Below, piece by piece: positions 9,161 to 17,131 of a DNA stretch of 64,000 nucleotides (positions are counted from its first letter, which is position 1; each line of letters starts with the position of its first letter). The notes under the pieces are model-generated. The model saw only the letters and a program-made list of their open reading frames with translations. It was not told the DNA's origin and did no database searches. The DNA is taken from IMG/VR virus record IMGVR_UViG_3300036791_000379, positions 5,021-69,020 of that record, one strand, 5' to 3'. Source of the stretch: a virus. A program made the position numbers and the translations under genes.

Positions 9161-9556
9161 ATGGACGCGCTTGAACGACGCCACCGCCAATCGGCGGTGG
9201 TCTCCAAAATGATGCTGATCTGCTTGCGCTCGTTGCACCGCGAGTATTCCCGCAAGAACGTCGCGGCGCTGTTTCCCGATCTGCTGGTCGCGTGGGCCGT
9301 CATTGCCGATGACGATCGCGGCTTGTCGCCGGTCTCGATCAGCAGGCTGGCCCGGCTGACCGGCATTCCGCGCGCCAATGTGCGACGCACGATCGAGCCG
9401 CTGGTCCGGCAAGGTCTGGTGATCCGGAAAGACGGCGGCATCGCCCGCAACCGCAGCTATGCCGGAGCGCGGATCGAGGCGACCTACTTCAAACGCTTGA
9501 AGCGAACGATCATCACGGCGGGGAAACTTTTGCAGCAGCTCGACGCGAACGGTTGA
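9161..9556 (+). CDS. winged-helix DNA-binding protein, opposite strand to its neighbours
   Basis: VSISRLARLTGIPRANVRRTIEPLVRQGLV. Confidence 0.6.
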   Translation: MDALERRHRQSAVVSKMMLICLRSLHREYSRKNVAALFPDLLVAWAVIADDDRGLSPVSISRLARLTGIPRANVRRTIEPLVRQGLVIRKDGGIARNRSYAGARIEATYFKRLKRTIITAGKLLQQLDANG

Positions 9557-9575
9557 TGCTGACGTCTCGTCGTAC

Positions 9576-9610
9576 TGGCCACTTTGGCCATGGCCACTTT
9601 GGCCAGTGGC
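9576..9610. repeat. tandem 15-bp TGGCCACTTTGGCCA repeat
   Basis: exact copies at 9576-9590 and 9591-9605. Confidence 0.8.
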
Positions 9611-9654
9611 TCGAAAACGAACATGGGTGGTCGCGCTGATGCACACCAACATCA

Positions 9655-10101
9655 TCACTGCACCTCGAAATTCGAGCGCAGGATTCCTAATTGTTTAAGA
9701 GTCGCAACGGCATCGTCGAGGGAGGTCGTGCAAAGATAAGCGAAGCCGCAGGCAACAAGGTGCGCTGCAACTTGCGATTGTTCATCCGACAGGCGTCCTG
9801 TCCTGAATCTTTTCAGCTCCAGCCAGAACACGCGGCAGCCGGGACCGACGAAAATGAAGTCGGGCCAGCCGGGCATCACGCCCATTCGCTTCAGCCGCTG
9901 ACCGGCGAGCGAGTAGCGTTTTCCGTTGGCGTTGAACTGGTGTTCGCGCTCCTCGCCGAGTGGAAGATGCGTGAATTTCCACTCCGGCCTGATCCAGCGC
10001 TTGATGATGTCGGCGAGAGTGGCGTGCAGCTCGAACTCAAGCGGCGGCGGTGGCGCGATCCCGCGCTGACGACGACCCTTGAACAGCGACAGCTGCCTCA
10101 C
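9655..10101 (-). CDS. VRR-NUC-family nuclease
   Basis: GVMPGWPDF...WLELK...GRLSDEQ. Confidence 0.8.
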   Translation of the reverse strand: MRQLSLFKGRRQRGIAPPPPLEFELHATLADIIKRWIRPEWKFTHLPLGEEREHQFNANGKRYSLAGQRLKRMGVMPGWPDFIFVGPGCRVFWLELKRFRTGRLSDEQSQVAAHLVACGFAYLCTTSLDDAVATLKQLGILRSNFEVQ

Positions 10102-10151
10102 TGCGAAGCCTCCCCAGAACCCCTGCCCGCAGTCTCGTTGTCATAAAACTG

Positions 10152-10391
10152 TCACGCTGCCTTTCGCGACGCTCTCAGCGCCGACGTGAAACCCCACAAC
10201 TCGATCGGTGCAAAAAACCCCTTATCCGCAAGGGCTTCCTTCATGATGAAGTAGTGCTCGGCCGGGAAACGGCGGCGACGAACCGAGTTGCTGACCGCGT
10301 TGGAGCCATAGAGATTGCGGGTGAGACGGCCGACAGCAGTCGGCCCTCCGAGCACATCGACGACGCTTTGATGATCCCACAACGGTGTCAT
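10152..10391 (-). CDS. Cro-like HTH regulator
   Basis: VVDVLGGPTAVGRLT...AVSNxxRRRRFPA; first gene of the leftward operon. Confidence 0.65.
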   Translation of the reverse strand: MTPLWDHQSVVDVLGGPTAVGRLTRNLYGSNAVSNSVRRRRFPAEHYFIMKEALADKGFFAPIELWGFTSALRASRKAA

Positions 10392-10465
10392 GACAGCGCC
10401 GACTACGAACCCAAAAATGCTTTTCGTCAAACTGACATAAATTGTGATCGACCTCCCCTGAAGTA

Positions 10466-10549
10466 GCACATTCCTGCACATTCCCGCACAATTTCTGATC
10501 CGGAGAACTGCACATTTCTGCACATTCCTGCACAACGTCTCACATTCCC
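10466..10549. repeat. seven 10-bp GCACATTCCT-like repeats in two blocks
   Basis: copies at 10466, 10476, 10486, 10510, 10520, 10530, 10540 in the divergent intergenic region. Confidence 0.85.
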
Positions 10550-10782
10550 GTGAGCGCCGGAATTAGCCAGTCATTGGAATGTCATCTTGCAATAGCCCGG
10601 AAACGGGAGTTGAAATAATCGACGTCACACAGAACGTGTGGAACGCGGCAAGACCGACCAGCGCAGTGCGGTTGCGATTTTGGAATTAGGCCCCGTTCAA
10701 CCTTGCGGCGAAGACGGGCGTCCCCCGAAAAAGCAGCTTTCTCGAACCTTTGCTAGTCCAAAAAGCAAGGGGAGTGAATCTT

Positions 10783-11586
10783 ATGCGGTCCGAAGAGTTC
10801 GCGTACCAAGAAGGCAAGTTCACCGGCTCGCTGGCACCGCGCGTGATGACGGTGACAGATGCAGCTGAACTCAATCGCCTCGCGCGGATCAAGGCCGGCA
10901 CCGAACCATCCGATCCAGAAAACTACGCGATGCGCGCCGGCACTCACATGGAGCCGTTCCTGCGCCGCGAGCTGGAGCGCGAGTGCGGTCATCCGATCAG
11001 CCGCGTCGGCGAGATCGTCGACCATCCGAGCAACTCCACCTTCCGCGTCAAGCTCGACGGTTATCGCGCGTTCGATGACGCCGTCGTCGAGTTCAAATTC
11101 CTGTCTCCGCATTTCCGGCGCGAGCAATTCTTCCCCTACTATTATTGGCAGGTGCTCCTGCAAATGCTGTGTACCGGCGCGACGCGCGGTGTGCTGTGCG
11201 TCGGCCAAGGTACATCACCGCCGGTCGAGCATGAAGTCGCATACGATGAGACCTGCGCCGATGCGCTGATCGAGCGCGGCAGCGCGTTCATGCTGTGCGT
11301 GGCGACCGGTGCCGACCCCTGCCCGATGCCGCCGATCGTGGTGCCCGATAAAATGCGCGTCGTCGATCTCACCAAGGAGAAGACCAACTGGAGCGACGAG
11401 CTGCTGTCGCTGCTGGTGCTGTATCACTCCACCAAGAAGTATGCCGACGCGCACGACGAGGCCGGTGCTGCCGCCCGCAAGCTGATCCCCGACGATGTCA
11501 ACCGCGTCTTCGCCGGCCGCTACTGGGTCAACCGGGACAAGCGCGGGCGCGTGTCGATCACATCCAAGGAAAAGGAAGCTGCATGA
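10783..11586 (+). CDS. YqaJ/lambda-exonuclease-like nuclease
   Basis: AMRAGTHMEP, KLDG...VVEFK, YYWQVLLQM; directly upstream of bet. Confidence 0.8.
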   Translation: MRSEEFAYQEGKFTGSLAPRVMTVTDAAELNRLARIKAGTEPSDPENYAMRAGTHMEPFLRRELERECGHPISRVGEIVDHPSNSTFRVKLDGYRAFDDAVVEFKFLSPHFRREQFFPYYYWQVLLQMLCTGATRGVLCVGQGTSPPVEHEVAYDETCADALIERGSAFMLCVATGADPCPMPPIVVPDKMRVVDLTKEKTNWSDELLSLLVLYHSTKKYADAHDEAGAAARKLIPDDVNRVFAGRYWVNRDKRGRVSITSKEKEAA

Positions 11587-12587
11587 ACACGCCGCAGACC
11601 ACCACCGCCATTGCCGTCGCGCAGCCGCGTCTACCGATGCCGCAGGGTGAAGCCGATCCGCGCCGCTGGCGCGTGCTGACCGACGCGATCTTTCCGAAAG
11701 CGCGATCCGCCGACTCGATTCTCCTCGCGCTGGACTACTGCCGCGCGCGCAATCTCGATGTGATGAAGCGCCCCGTCAACATTGTCCCGATGTACGACGA
11801 GCAGCAGAAGAAGTGGATCGAGACGATCTGGCCGTCGATCAACGAGACCCAGATCACCGCCGCGCGCTCGCACGAGTGGGCCGGCATGGACAAGCCGCAA
11901 TGGGGTCCTGATGTCACGCGCAAGTTCACCGACGACAGGGGCGGCAGCTACGACGTGACCTTCCCAGAATGGTGTGAGGTCACGGTCTATCGCATGGTCA
12001 AGGGGCAGAAGTGCGCGTTTGTCGACGGGCCGGTGTACTGGATGGAAGCCTATGCGCGCACCTCGGTCGGCGTGCCGAATACGATGTGGCGCAAGCGTCC
12101 GCGCGGCCAGCTGCAGAAAGTCGCCAAAGCGGCTTCGCTGCGCGCCGCCTTCCCGGAGGAGAACGCCGGGCCATCCGATGACGAGATGGACGGCCAGACG
12201 ATTTTCGCCGATGCCGGCATCGATCCCGGCGCGGCTCCGGTGCCGCGCGCCGACCTGCCGAAGATTGCGACGCCGCAAACGGCGGCAGCGCCGCCGGCAG
12301 ACGAGCAGACCATGGTGGAGATCATCGACGACACGACCGGCGAGGTCACGACCATCGACATCACCAAGCCGCACCGGATCGAAGGCCGGACGTGGGCCGA
12401 CTTTATGGAGCCGATGACGGCGGCGATCCTGCGCTGCAAGGACTTCGCCGAGTACGATGAGTGGATGAAGCTCAATCAGGAAACGCTGCTCAAGATGAAG
12501 GAGACCAAGCCCGAGCTGTTTCAGGTTTTCGACAAGAGCATCTCGGCGAAGCATGCCGAGCTTTCAGCGGGGACGAAAGCAACATGA
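11583..12587 (+). CDS. bet: phage recombination protein Bet (RecT-family single-strand annealing protein)
   Basis: LDYCRARNLDVMKRPVNIVPM, PEWCEVTVYR, MWRKRPRGQLxKxAxAxxLRxAFPE. Confidence 0.85.
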   Translation: MNTPQTTTAIAVAQPRLPMPQGEADPRRWRVLTDAIFPKARSADSILLALDYCRARNLDVMKRPVNIVPMYDEQQKKWIETIWPSINETQITAARSHEWAGMDKPQWGPDVTRKFTDDRGGSYDVTFPEWCEVTVYRMVKGQKCAFVDGPVYWMEAYARTSVGVPNTMWRKRPRGQLQKVAKAASLRAAFPEENAGPSDDEMDGQTIFADAGIDPGAAPVPRADLPKIATPQTAAAPPADEQTMVEIIDDTTGEVTTIDITKPHRIEGRTWADFMEPMTAAILRCKDFAEYDEWMKLNQETLLKMKETKPELFQVFDKSISAKHAELSAGTKAT

Positions 12588-13036
12588 GATTCCAGTTGGA
12601 CAGGATCGAGGACCAGCTGACACTGGTGCCGTTCGACGAGGCCGCGATACGGACGCTCGACATCTTCGTCGAGGCCGGCCAGATCGGCGGCGAGCCGGTC
12701 GAGGTCGAGATTCTCAATCCGCGCGACATGGTTGAGCACCGCCGCATCATGGCGCAGATCGGCGACTTGGCGAAGGCGCTGCACAAGACTCACGAGCAGG
12801 TCCGCGCCGAGCTGCTCTACGCCACCGGAAATTTTGCAGTGATCGGCGAGATCGTCGGCCTGCCGCCGGTCATCGCGGTGAACAGCATGAGCCGTCACGC
12901 CATGACCGATCACGAACTGCATCTGTTCTGGGACGAGGCGCGGCCGGTGATCGAGTCCCGACTGCTGCCGAGGATTGCCGACACCGCCGAGCGGGAGCGC
13001 TTGGCGGGGATGCTATCACGAGAGCCGGCGGTATGA
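12584..13036 (+). CDS. hypothetical protein, possibly NinB/DUF1367-like
   Basis: ATG overlaps bet stop; position typical of recombination accessory genes. Confidence 0.5.
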   Translation: MRFQLDRIEDQLTLVPFDEAAIRTLDIFVEAGQIGGEPVEVEILNPRDMVEHRRIMAQIGDLAKALHKTHEQVRAELLYATGNFAVIGEIVGLPPVIAVNSMSRHAMTDHELHLFWDEARPVIESRLLPRIADTAERERLAGMLSREPAV

Positions 13037-13139
13037 CGCCCGCCGACTGAAGTGAACCGATGGCCCGTCGCGGAACAGCCCCCTGCCCCTGCGACGGGCC
13101 AAAGGGATTTTTAACCAGCGTGGAAAAGGAGAAACGCAG

Positions 13140-13583
13140 ATGAAGCAACAGGCGATGATCAAGGAGAGGCCGGACAGGGAAATGAACGGCGCACCAGCAC
13201 CGGCCACGCCGGTTGGACCCGTCGCCGAAAACAGCGAGACCGTCGAGACGTCGATCACCGAGATCGCCGGCCACATCAAGCCGGCCGAGCCGCCGATTCA
13301 GGCGAGCGAGATCACGGTGCCGTTCTCCCAGCGCGAGCACACGCTGATGATGGATGCGGTCGACAAGATCGCAACCGAATGGATGCATGAGCTGAGCGCC
13401 GAGCGCGACTGCTCCACCGAACTGGAGAAGCGGGTGATCGATCGGCTGGCGAAGCTGAAGAACGATCTGACCCAGTTTTTTCTTTTGGGCAACGCCATCT
13501 GCAGCAAGGTCAAACGCGATCAGGAATTTCACGAGAAGCTGCACGTCGAGATCGACAAGCTGGCCGAGGAGCCGGTGACATAA
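13140..13583 (+). CDS. hypothetical protein
   Basis: 147-aa ORF with GGAG RBS. Confidence 0.6.
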   Translation: MKQQAMIKERPDREMNGAPAPATPVGPVAENSETVETSITEIAGHIKPAEPPIQASEITVPFSQREHTLMMDAVDKIATEWMHELSAERDCSTELEKRVIDRLAKLKNDLTQFFLLGNAICSKVKRDQEFHEKLHVEIDKLAEEPVT

Positions 13584-14300
13584 ATGCCGAAGCCGGAGAC
13601 CATGGGCACTCGCGAGATTCTGGATGCGGCACGCAGCGCAACAGCTGACGGGCTCAGCATCGTTGAACAGATTCGCGCGGACCATGGTCTCGCCGATCGC
13701 GCTGATGATGGTCCGCTGACGCTGGCTTGGCGGCAACGCGGCGCTGAGATCGCACCGCTGCCGTCACCACTGAGCGAGCCGCTGATCGAGATGATCAAGG
13801 TCTGCATCGTCGAGTCCGAGCGCACCGGCCGGCTCGTGACGGCTGGCTTGGCGCTAAGGCGACTGCAGGAGCATTGCGAGGCCTATGACGTGCGCGAGCT
13901 GCCGCCGGATGAGCAGGACTGGCAGGCGGTCGTCGCCAAATATATTCCGCTGCCGGCGGCGCGAATTGCCGAGCTGATCGGCCGCGTGTCCCGCAGCAGC
14001 GGCCGGCTGCTTCGTTGCGCCGGGTGCGGTGCCAGCCTGCACAGCCGCTGCGCCTGCGGCGCGCCCTACAGCAGCGGCGAGCATTCGCCGGTCGAGGCTC
14101 CGCCGCTCGCACCCGTGCCGGCCAAGCAAACCGCCCACGACCGCGCCGTCGCCGCCGTCACCGCCCATCCGGAGAAGTCGGACCGGGCGCTCGCCGCCGA
14201 AATTGGCGTGGGACATCAAACAGTTGGCCGGGCGCGCAAGCAACTAGAGGTCAGGAAAGATCATGGACCACTCATGGACCACCGCGAGGCAACACCATGA
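13584..14300 (+). CDS. hypothetical protein with Cys cluster and C-terminal HTH
   Basis: CAGCG..RCACG; HPEKSDRALAAEIGVGHQTVGRAR. Confidence 0.6.
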   Translation: MPKPETMGTREILDAARSATADGLSIVEQIRADHGLADRADDGPLTLAWRQRGAEIAPLPSPLSEPLIEMIKVCIVESERTGRLVTAGLALRRLQEHCEAYDVRELPPDEQDWQAVVAKYIPLPAARIAELIGRVSRSSGRLLRCAGCGASLHSRCACGAPYSSGEHSPVEAPPLAPVPAKQTAHDRAVAAVTAHPEKSDRALAAEIGVGHQTVGRARKQLEVRKDHGPLMDHREATP

Positions 14301-14977
14301 GCCATAATCACCAGCTGAAGTTGAACCAGAGTATCGCGCACCTCGAAATTCCCGAGCGCATGCGCGACCTCAAGATCGACAAGCGCGGTTACCCGATCCC
14401 GTGGTTCGTCGGCTACGTCGATGGCGAAGCCGATTTTAGATGCATGGACGGCAGCAAGATGGGCGTTGCTGTTCGACTGAAGCGCTGCTGGCAGTGCGGC
14501 AAGCCGCTCGGAAAATTCATGACCTTCGTCATCGGGCCGATGTGCATCGTCAACAGAAATATAAGCGAGCCTCCGAGCCATTTGGCCTGTTGTGAGTACG
14601 GCGTCCGCGCCTGCCCGTTCCTCACTCAGCCACGCATGCGTCGCAACGAGCGGCACATGCCGGAGGAAGGCACGATCGCCGGCATCGGCATCATGCGCAA
14701 TCCCGGCGTCACCGCGCTGTGGACGACGCTGACCTACAAGGCGTGGCGTCCATCGACCGGCGGCGTGCTGTTCGAGATCGGTGATCCCGAGCATGTCGAG
14801 TTCTACGCCGAGGGCCGGCGCGCGACGCGCGCCGAGATTCTCGCGTCGATGGAAAGCGGGCTGCCGCTCCTGATGGAGGTGGCGGAGCAAGACGGGCCGG
14901 ATGCGGTCGAAGCGCTGAAGGCGCAGTACGCCAAGGCGCTGCAGCTGCTGCCTGCGGAAAAACAAGAAGCCGGATAA
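14297..14977 (+). CDS. conserved Cys/His-rich phage protein (paralogue of 35890..36426)
   Basis: RCWQCGKPL, FVIGPMC, EPPSHxxCxxYxxxxCPFL. Confidence 0.7.
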   Translation: MSHNHQLKLNQSIAHLEIPERMRDLKIDKRGYPIPWFVGYVDGEADFRCMDGSKMGVAVRLKRCWQCGKPLGKFMTFVIGPMCIVNRNISEPPSHLACCEYGVRACPFLTQPRMRRNERHMPEEGTIAGIGIMRNPGVTALWTTLTYKAWRPSTGGVLFEIGDPEHVEFYAEGRRATRAEILASMESGLPLLMEVAEQDGPDAVEALKAQYAKALQLLPAEKQEAG

Positions 14978-15012
14978 GCCAACAGTGCAAGCGTGAGTGA
15001 CGGGAGGGAATT

Positions 15013-15402
15013 GTGCCAACAACAAAGACCAACACCAGCGAGGCGGTGCCGAAGGCCGTCATCGATGCATTCAAATTCATCAGGCGGGAAAAATCGCCGG
15101 ATGAAATCAAGGACAATCTGCTACGCCGCTACATGGAAGCGTCCAACAACAAAGGTGGGGAGATCAACGCCGAGAGGAATGCCATGACCAGCAGAGGTGA
15201 CGGGAGGACACGAACACGCGAGCCACCTGAGATGATCAAAATGGTCGACGTCGTCAAATCGACCGGCCATCACCGCAACACCATCAACAATCTGGTGAAG
15301 AAAAAACAATTCCCGAAGCCGGTGCGGCCGAACGGCACCATCCGCTACTGGTTCAAGGAGGAGGTTGATCTCTGGAAAAAAGGAAAGTGGCGCTATGACT
15401 GA
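15013..15402 (+). CDS. AlpA-family HTH protein (start uncertain)
   Basis: C-term IKMVDVVKSTGHHRNTINNLVKKKQFPKPV...RYWFKEEVDLW. Confidence 0.7.
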   Translation: MPTTKTNTSEAVPKAVIDAFKFIRREKSPDEIKDNLLRRYMEASNNKGGEINAERNAMTSRGDGRTRTREPPEMIKMVDVVKSTGHHRNTINNLVKKKQFPKPVRPNGTIRYWFKEEVDLWKKGKWRYD

Positions 15403-16261
15403 CATCGATCTCGAACATCGGCCATCCGCCGGTCGCCTGTCGCGCGATCTCGTCAAGGCATCGGTGACGCTGTCCGACAAGGAGGCGCGCTTCCTCGTGG
15501 ACGCCTATTACATCATGCAGGAGGATCGCAAGCGCGCGAACAATCAGGTCCGCGCGATGAAGACCGAGCCGCATCTGTTGATCGGCTGGATCGCCGAGCA
15601 GAACGAGACGCTGGAGAGCCAGATCAAGCGCGCGCTCGAAAGCTATTCCGAGAGCCATTTGATCGGCCAATGGATGAAATCGATCTACGGCATCGGCCCG
15701 GTGATCGCCGCCGGCATGATGGCGCACATCGACATCACCAAGTCGCCGACAGCCGGGCACATCTGGCGCTTCGCCGGCTACGATCCCACGGTGAAGTGGG
15801 AGAAGAGCCAGAAGCGGCCATGGAACGCGGCGCTGAAGACCCTGTGCTGGAAGGTCGGGCAGAGCTTCATGAAGTTCTCCGGCAGCGAGGAGTGCGTCTA
15901 CGGCACGGTGTATCGCGAGCGCAAGGCCTACGAGGTTGCGCGCAACGATCGCGGCGACAATGCAGAGCTGGCGGCGCGGACGCTGGAGGCGCGCAAGTTC
16001 AAAAAGGACACCGAGGCGTTCAAGGCCTACACGATCGGCAAGCTGCCGGCCGGCCAGATCGACGCGCGGGCGCGGCGCTACGCGGTCAAGCTGTTCCTGT
16101 CGCATCTGCAGCTGGTCTGGTTCTGGATGCATTTCCAGAAGTTGCCGGCGAAGCCCTACGCGCTCGGCCACCTCGATCACACCCACTTCATCGATCCGCC
16201 CAACGTCGAGCTGGTCGATGGATTGCTCCCGGCGCTGCGCGCCGAAGGCCTGATGCACTGA
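15395..16261 (+). CDS. tasA: Nop/IS110-C-terminal-like RNA-binding protein without nuclease domain (TasA-like)
   Basis: coiled-coil N-term then SIYGIGPVIAAG, IWRFAGYDP, PWNxxLKTLCWKVGQSF, ARARRYAVKLFLSHL; no N-terminal DEDD/RuvC or HNH; stop codon lies in the first array repeat. Confidence 0.8.
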   Translation: MTDIDLEHRPSAGRLSRDLVKASVTLSDKEARFLVDAYYIMQEDRKRANNQVRAMKTEPHLLIGWIAEQNETLESQIKRALESYSESHLIGQWMKSIYGIGPVIAAGMMAHIDITKSPTAGHIWRFAGYDPTVKWEKSQKRPWNAALKTLCWKVGQSFMKFSGSEECVYGTVYRERKAYEVARNDRGDNAELAARTLEARKFKKDTEAFKAYTIGKLPAGQIDARARRYAVKLFLSHLQLVWFWMHFQKLPAKPYALGHLDHTHFIDPPNVELVDGLLPALRAEGLMH

Positions 16262-16480
16262 GCCATCAACGGTGAGAGCGCCATACTCGCGGAGCGAGCC
16301 AATGCAGGGAAGAGCACCAACGACCCGGAGCGAGCCAACCTCGGTGAGCGCACCAAAAAACGGGAGCGAGCCTTATCCACGAGCGCACCAGATTTCGTGA
16401 GCGAGCCTATCCCGGATGAGAGCACCAAAGTCGAAGAGCGAGCCGAATATGCAGAGAGCACCAGATAGTATGAGCGAGCA
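16259..16480 (+). repeat. TIGR-like dual-repeat array, block 1 (about 6 units of 36 nt)
   Basis: alternating GAGCGAGCC and GAG(A/C)GCACC 9-mers separated by 8-10-nt variable spacers. Confidence 0.9.
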
Positions 16481-16976
16481 AACCGCACCATTGAACAAGA
16501 ACGAGGTCGACGAGCTGGTCGATCGCCTCGACAGTCTGCTTGTCACCGGACTGTCGCAGCTCCGGAGCGGCAACGCCGACGAAACACTGATGGTGCTGCA
16601 GGAGGCGCTGCAGACGGCGCAGCGGCTCCCGATGAAAGCCGACTCCGACGAGAGCGTCATCACGATCGAGCAGCTGACCAAGGACGAGCGCTTCCTGCTC
16701 GAATGGCTGAGCAAGGAAGACTTCAGTCAATATGGAGAATGCCACGGCAAATCGCTCGACGGGCTGATCGCCAAGGGCCTCGCCCAGCTCCACGGCGCGG
16801 AGACCGAGCGCAACAACACGTTCATCGCCAAGGGCGACGGCATCATGTTCCGCGCAGTATCGCTGACCGAAAAGGGCTGGGGCCTGATCAAGGAAATGCG
16901 ATCATGTTGTACGACCCACACTTCTGGATCGGAATCGGAATCGGGACCTTCCTCGGGGCCAACTTCGGCATCCTGA
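16470..16976 (+). CDS. cargo protein inside the array, possible C-terminal winged helix
   Basis: ATG 16470 overlaps the last block-1 repeat; LTKDERFLLEWL...LIAKGLA...VSLTEKG. Confidence 0.65.
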   Translation: MSEQTAPLNKNEVDELVDRLDSLLVTGLSQLRSGNADETLMVLQEALQTAQRLPMKADSDESVITIEQLTKDERFLLEWLSKEDFSQYGECHGKSLDGLIAKGLAQLHGAETERNNTFIAKGDGIMFRAVSLTEKGWGLIKEMRSCCTTHTSGSESESGPSSGPTSAS

Positions 16977-17131
16977 TCATGGGCATAATGATGCTGGGCA
17001 AGGACGAACCGGCAGTCCCGCCGTTGCCCTCGCCGCCACGCGACGACGTCGAAGCCTCCGGCGATCATCATGATCACCGGCTGGCACCGGACTATCCCGG
17101 CGAGAAGCAGCGGCTGGAATGGAAACGGTGA
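16904..17131 (+). CDS. small membrane cargo protein inside the array
   Basis: MLYDPHFWIGIGIGTFLGANFGILIMGIMML hydrophobic segment; TGA stop overlaps the first block-2 repeat. Confidence 0.55.
   Translation: MLYDPHFWIGIGIGTFLGANFGILIMGIMMLGKDEPAVPPLPSPPRDDVEASGDHHDHRLAPDYPGEKQRLEWKR

Noticed and set aside
15395-16261. IS110 insertion sequence/transposase
   Set aside because: No N-terminal DEDD RuvC domain or catalytic SG loop, no IS ends, and it is embedded in a coupled phage operon followed by an array.
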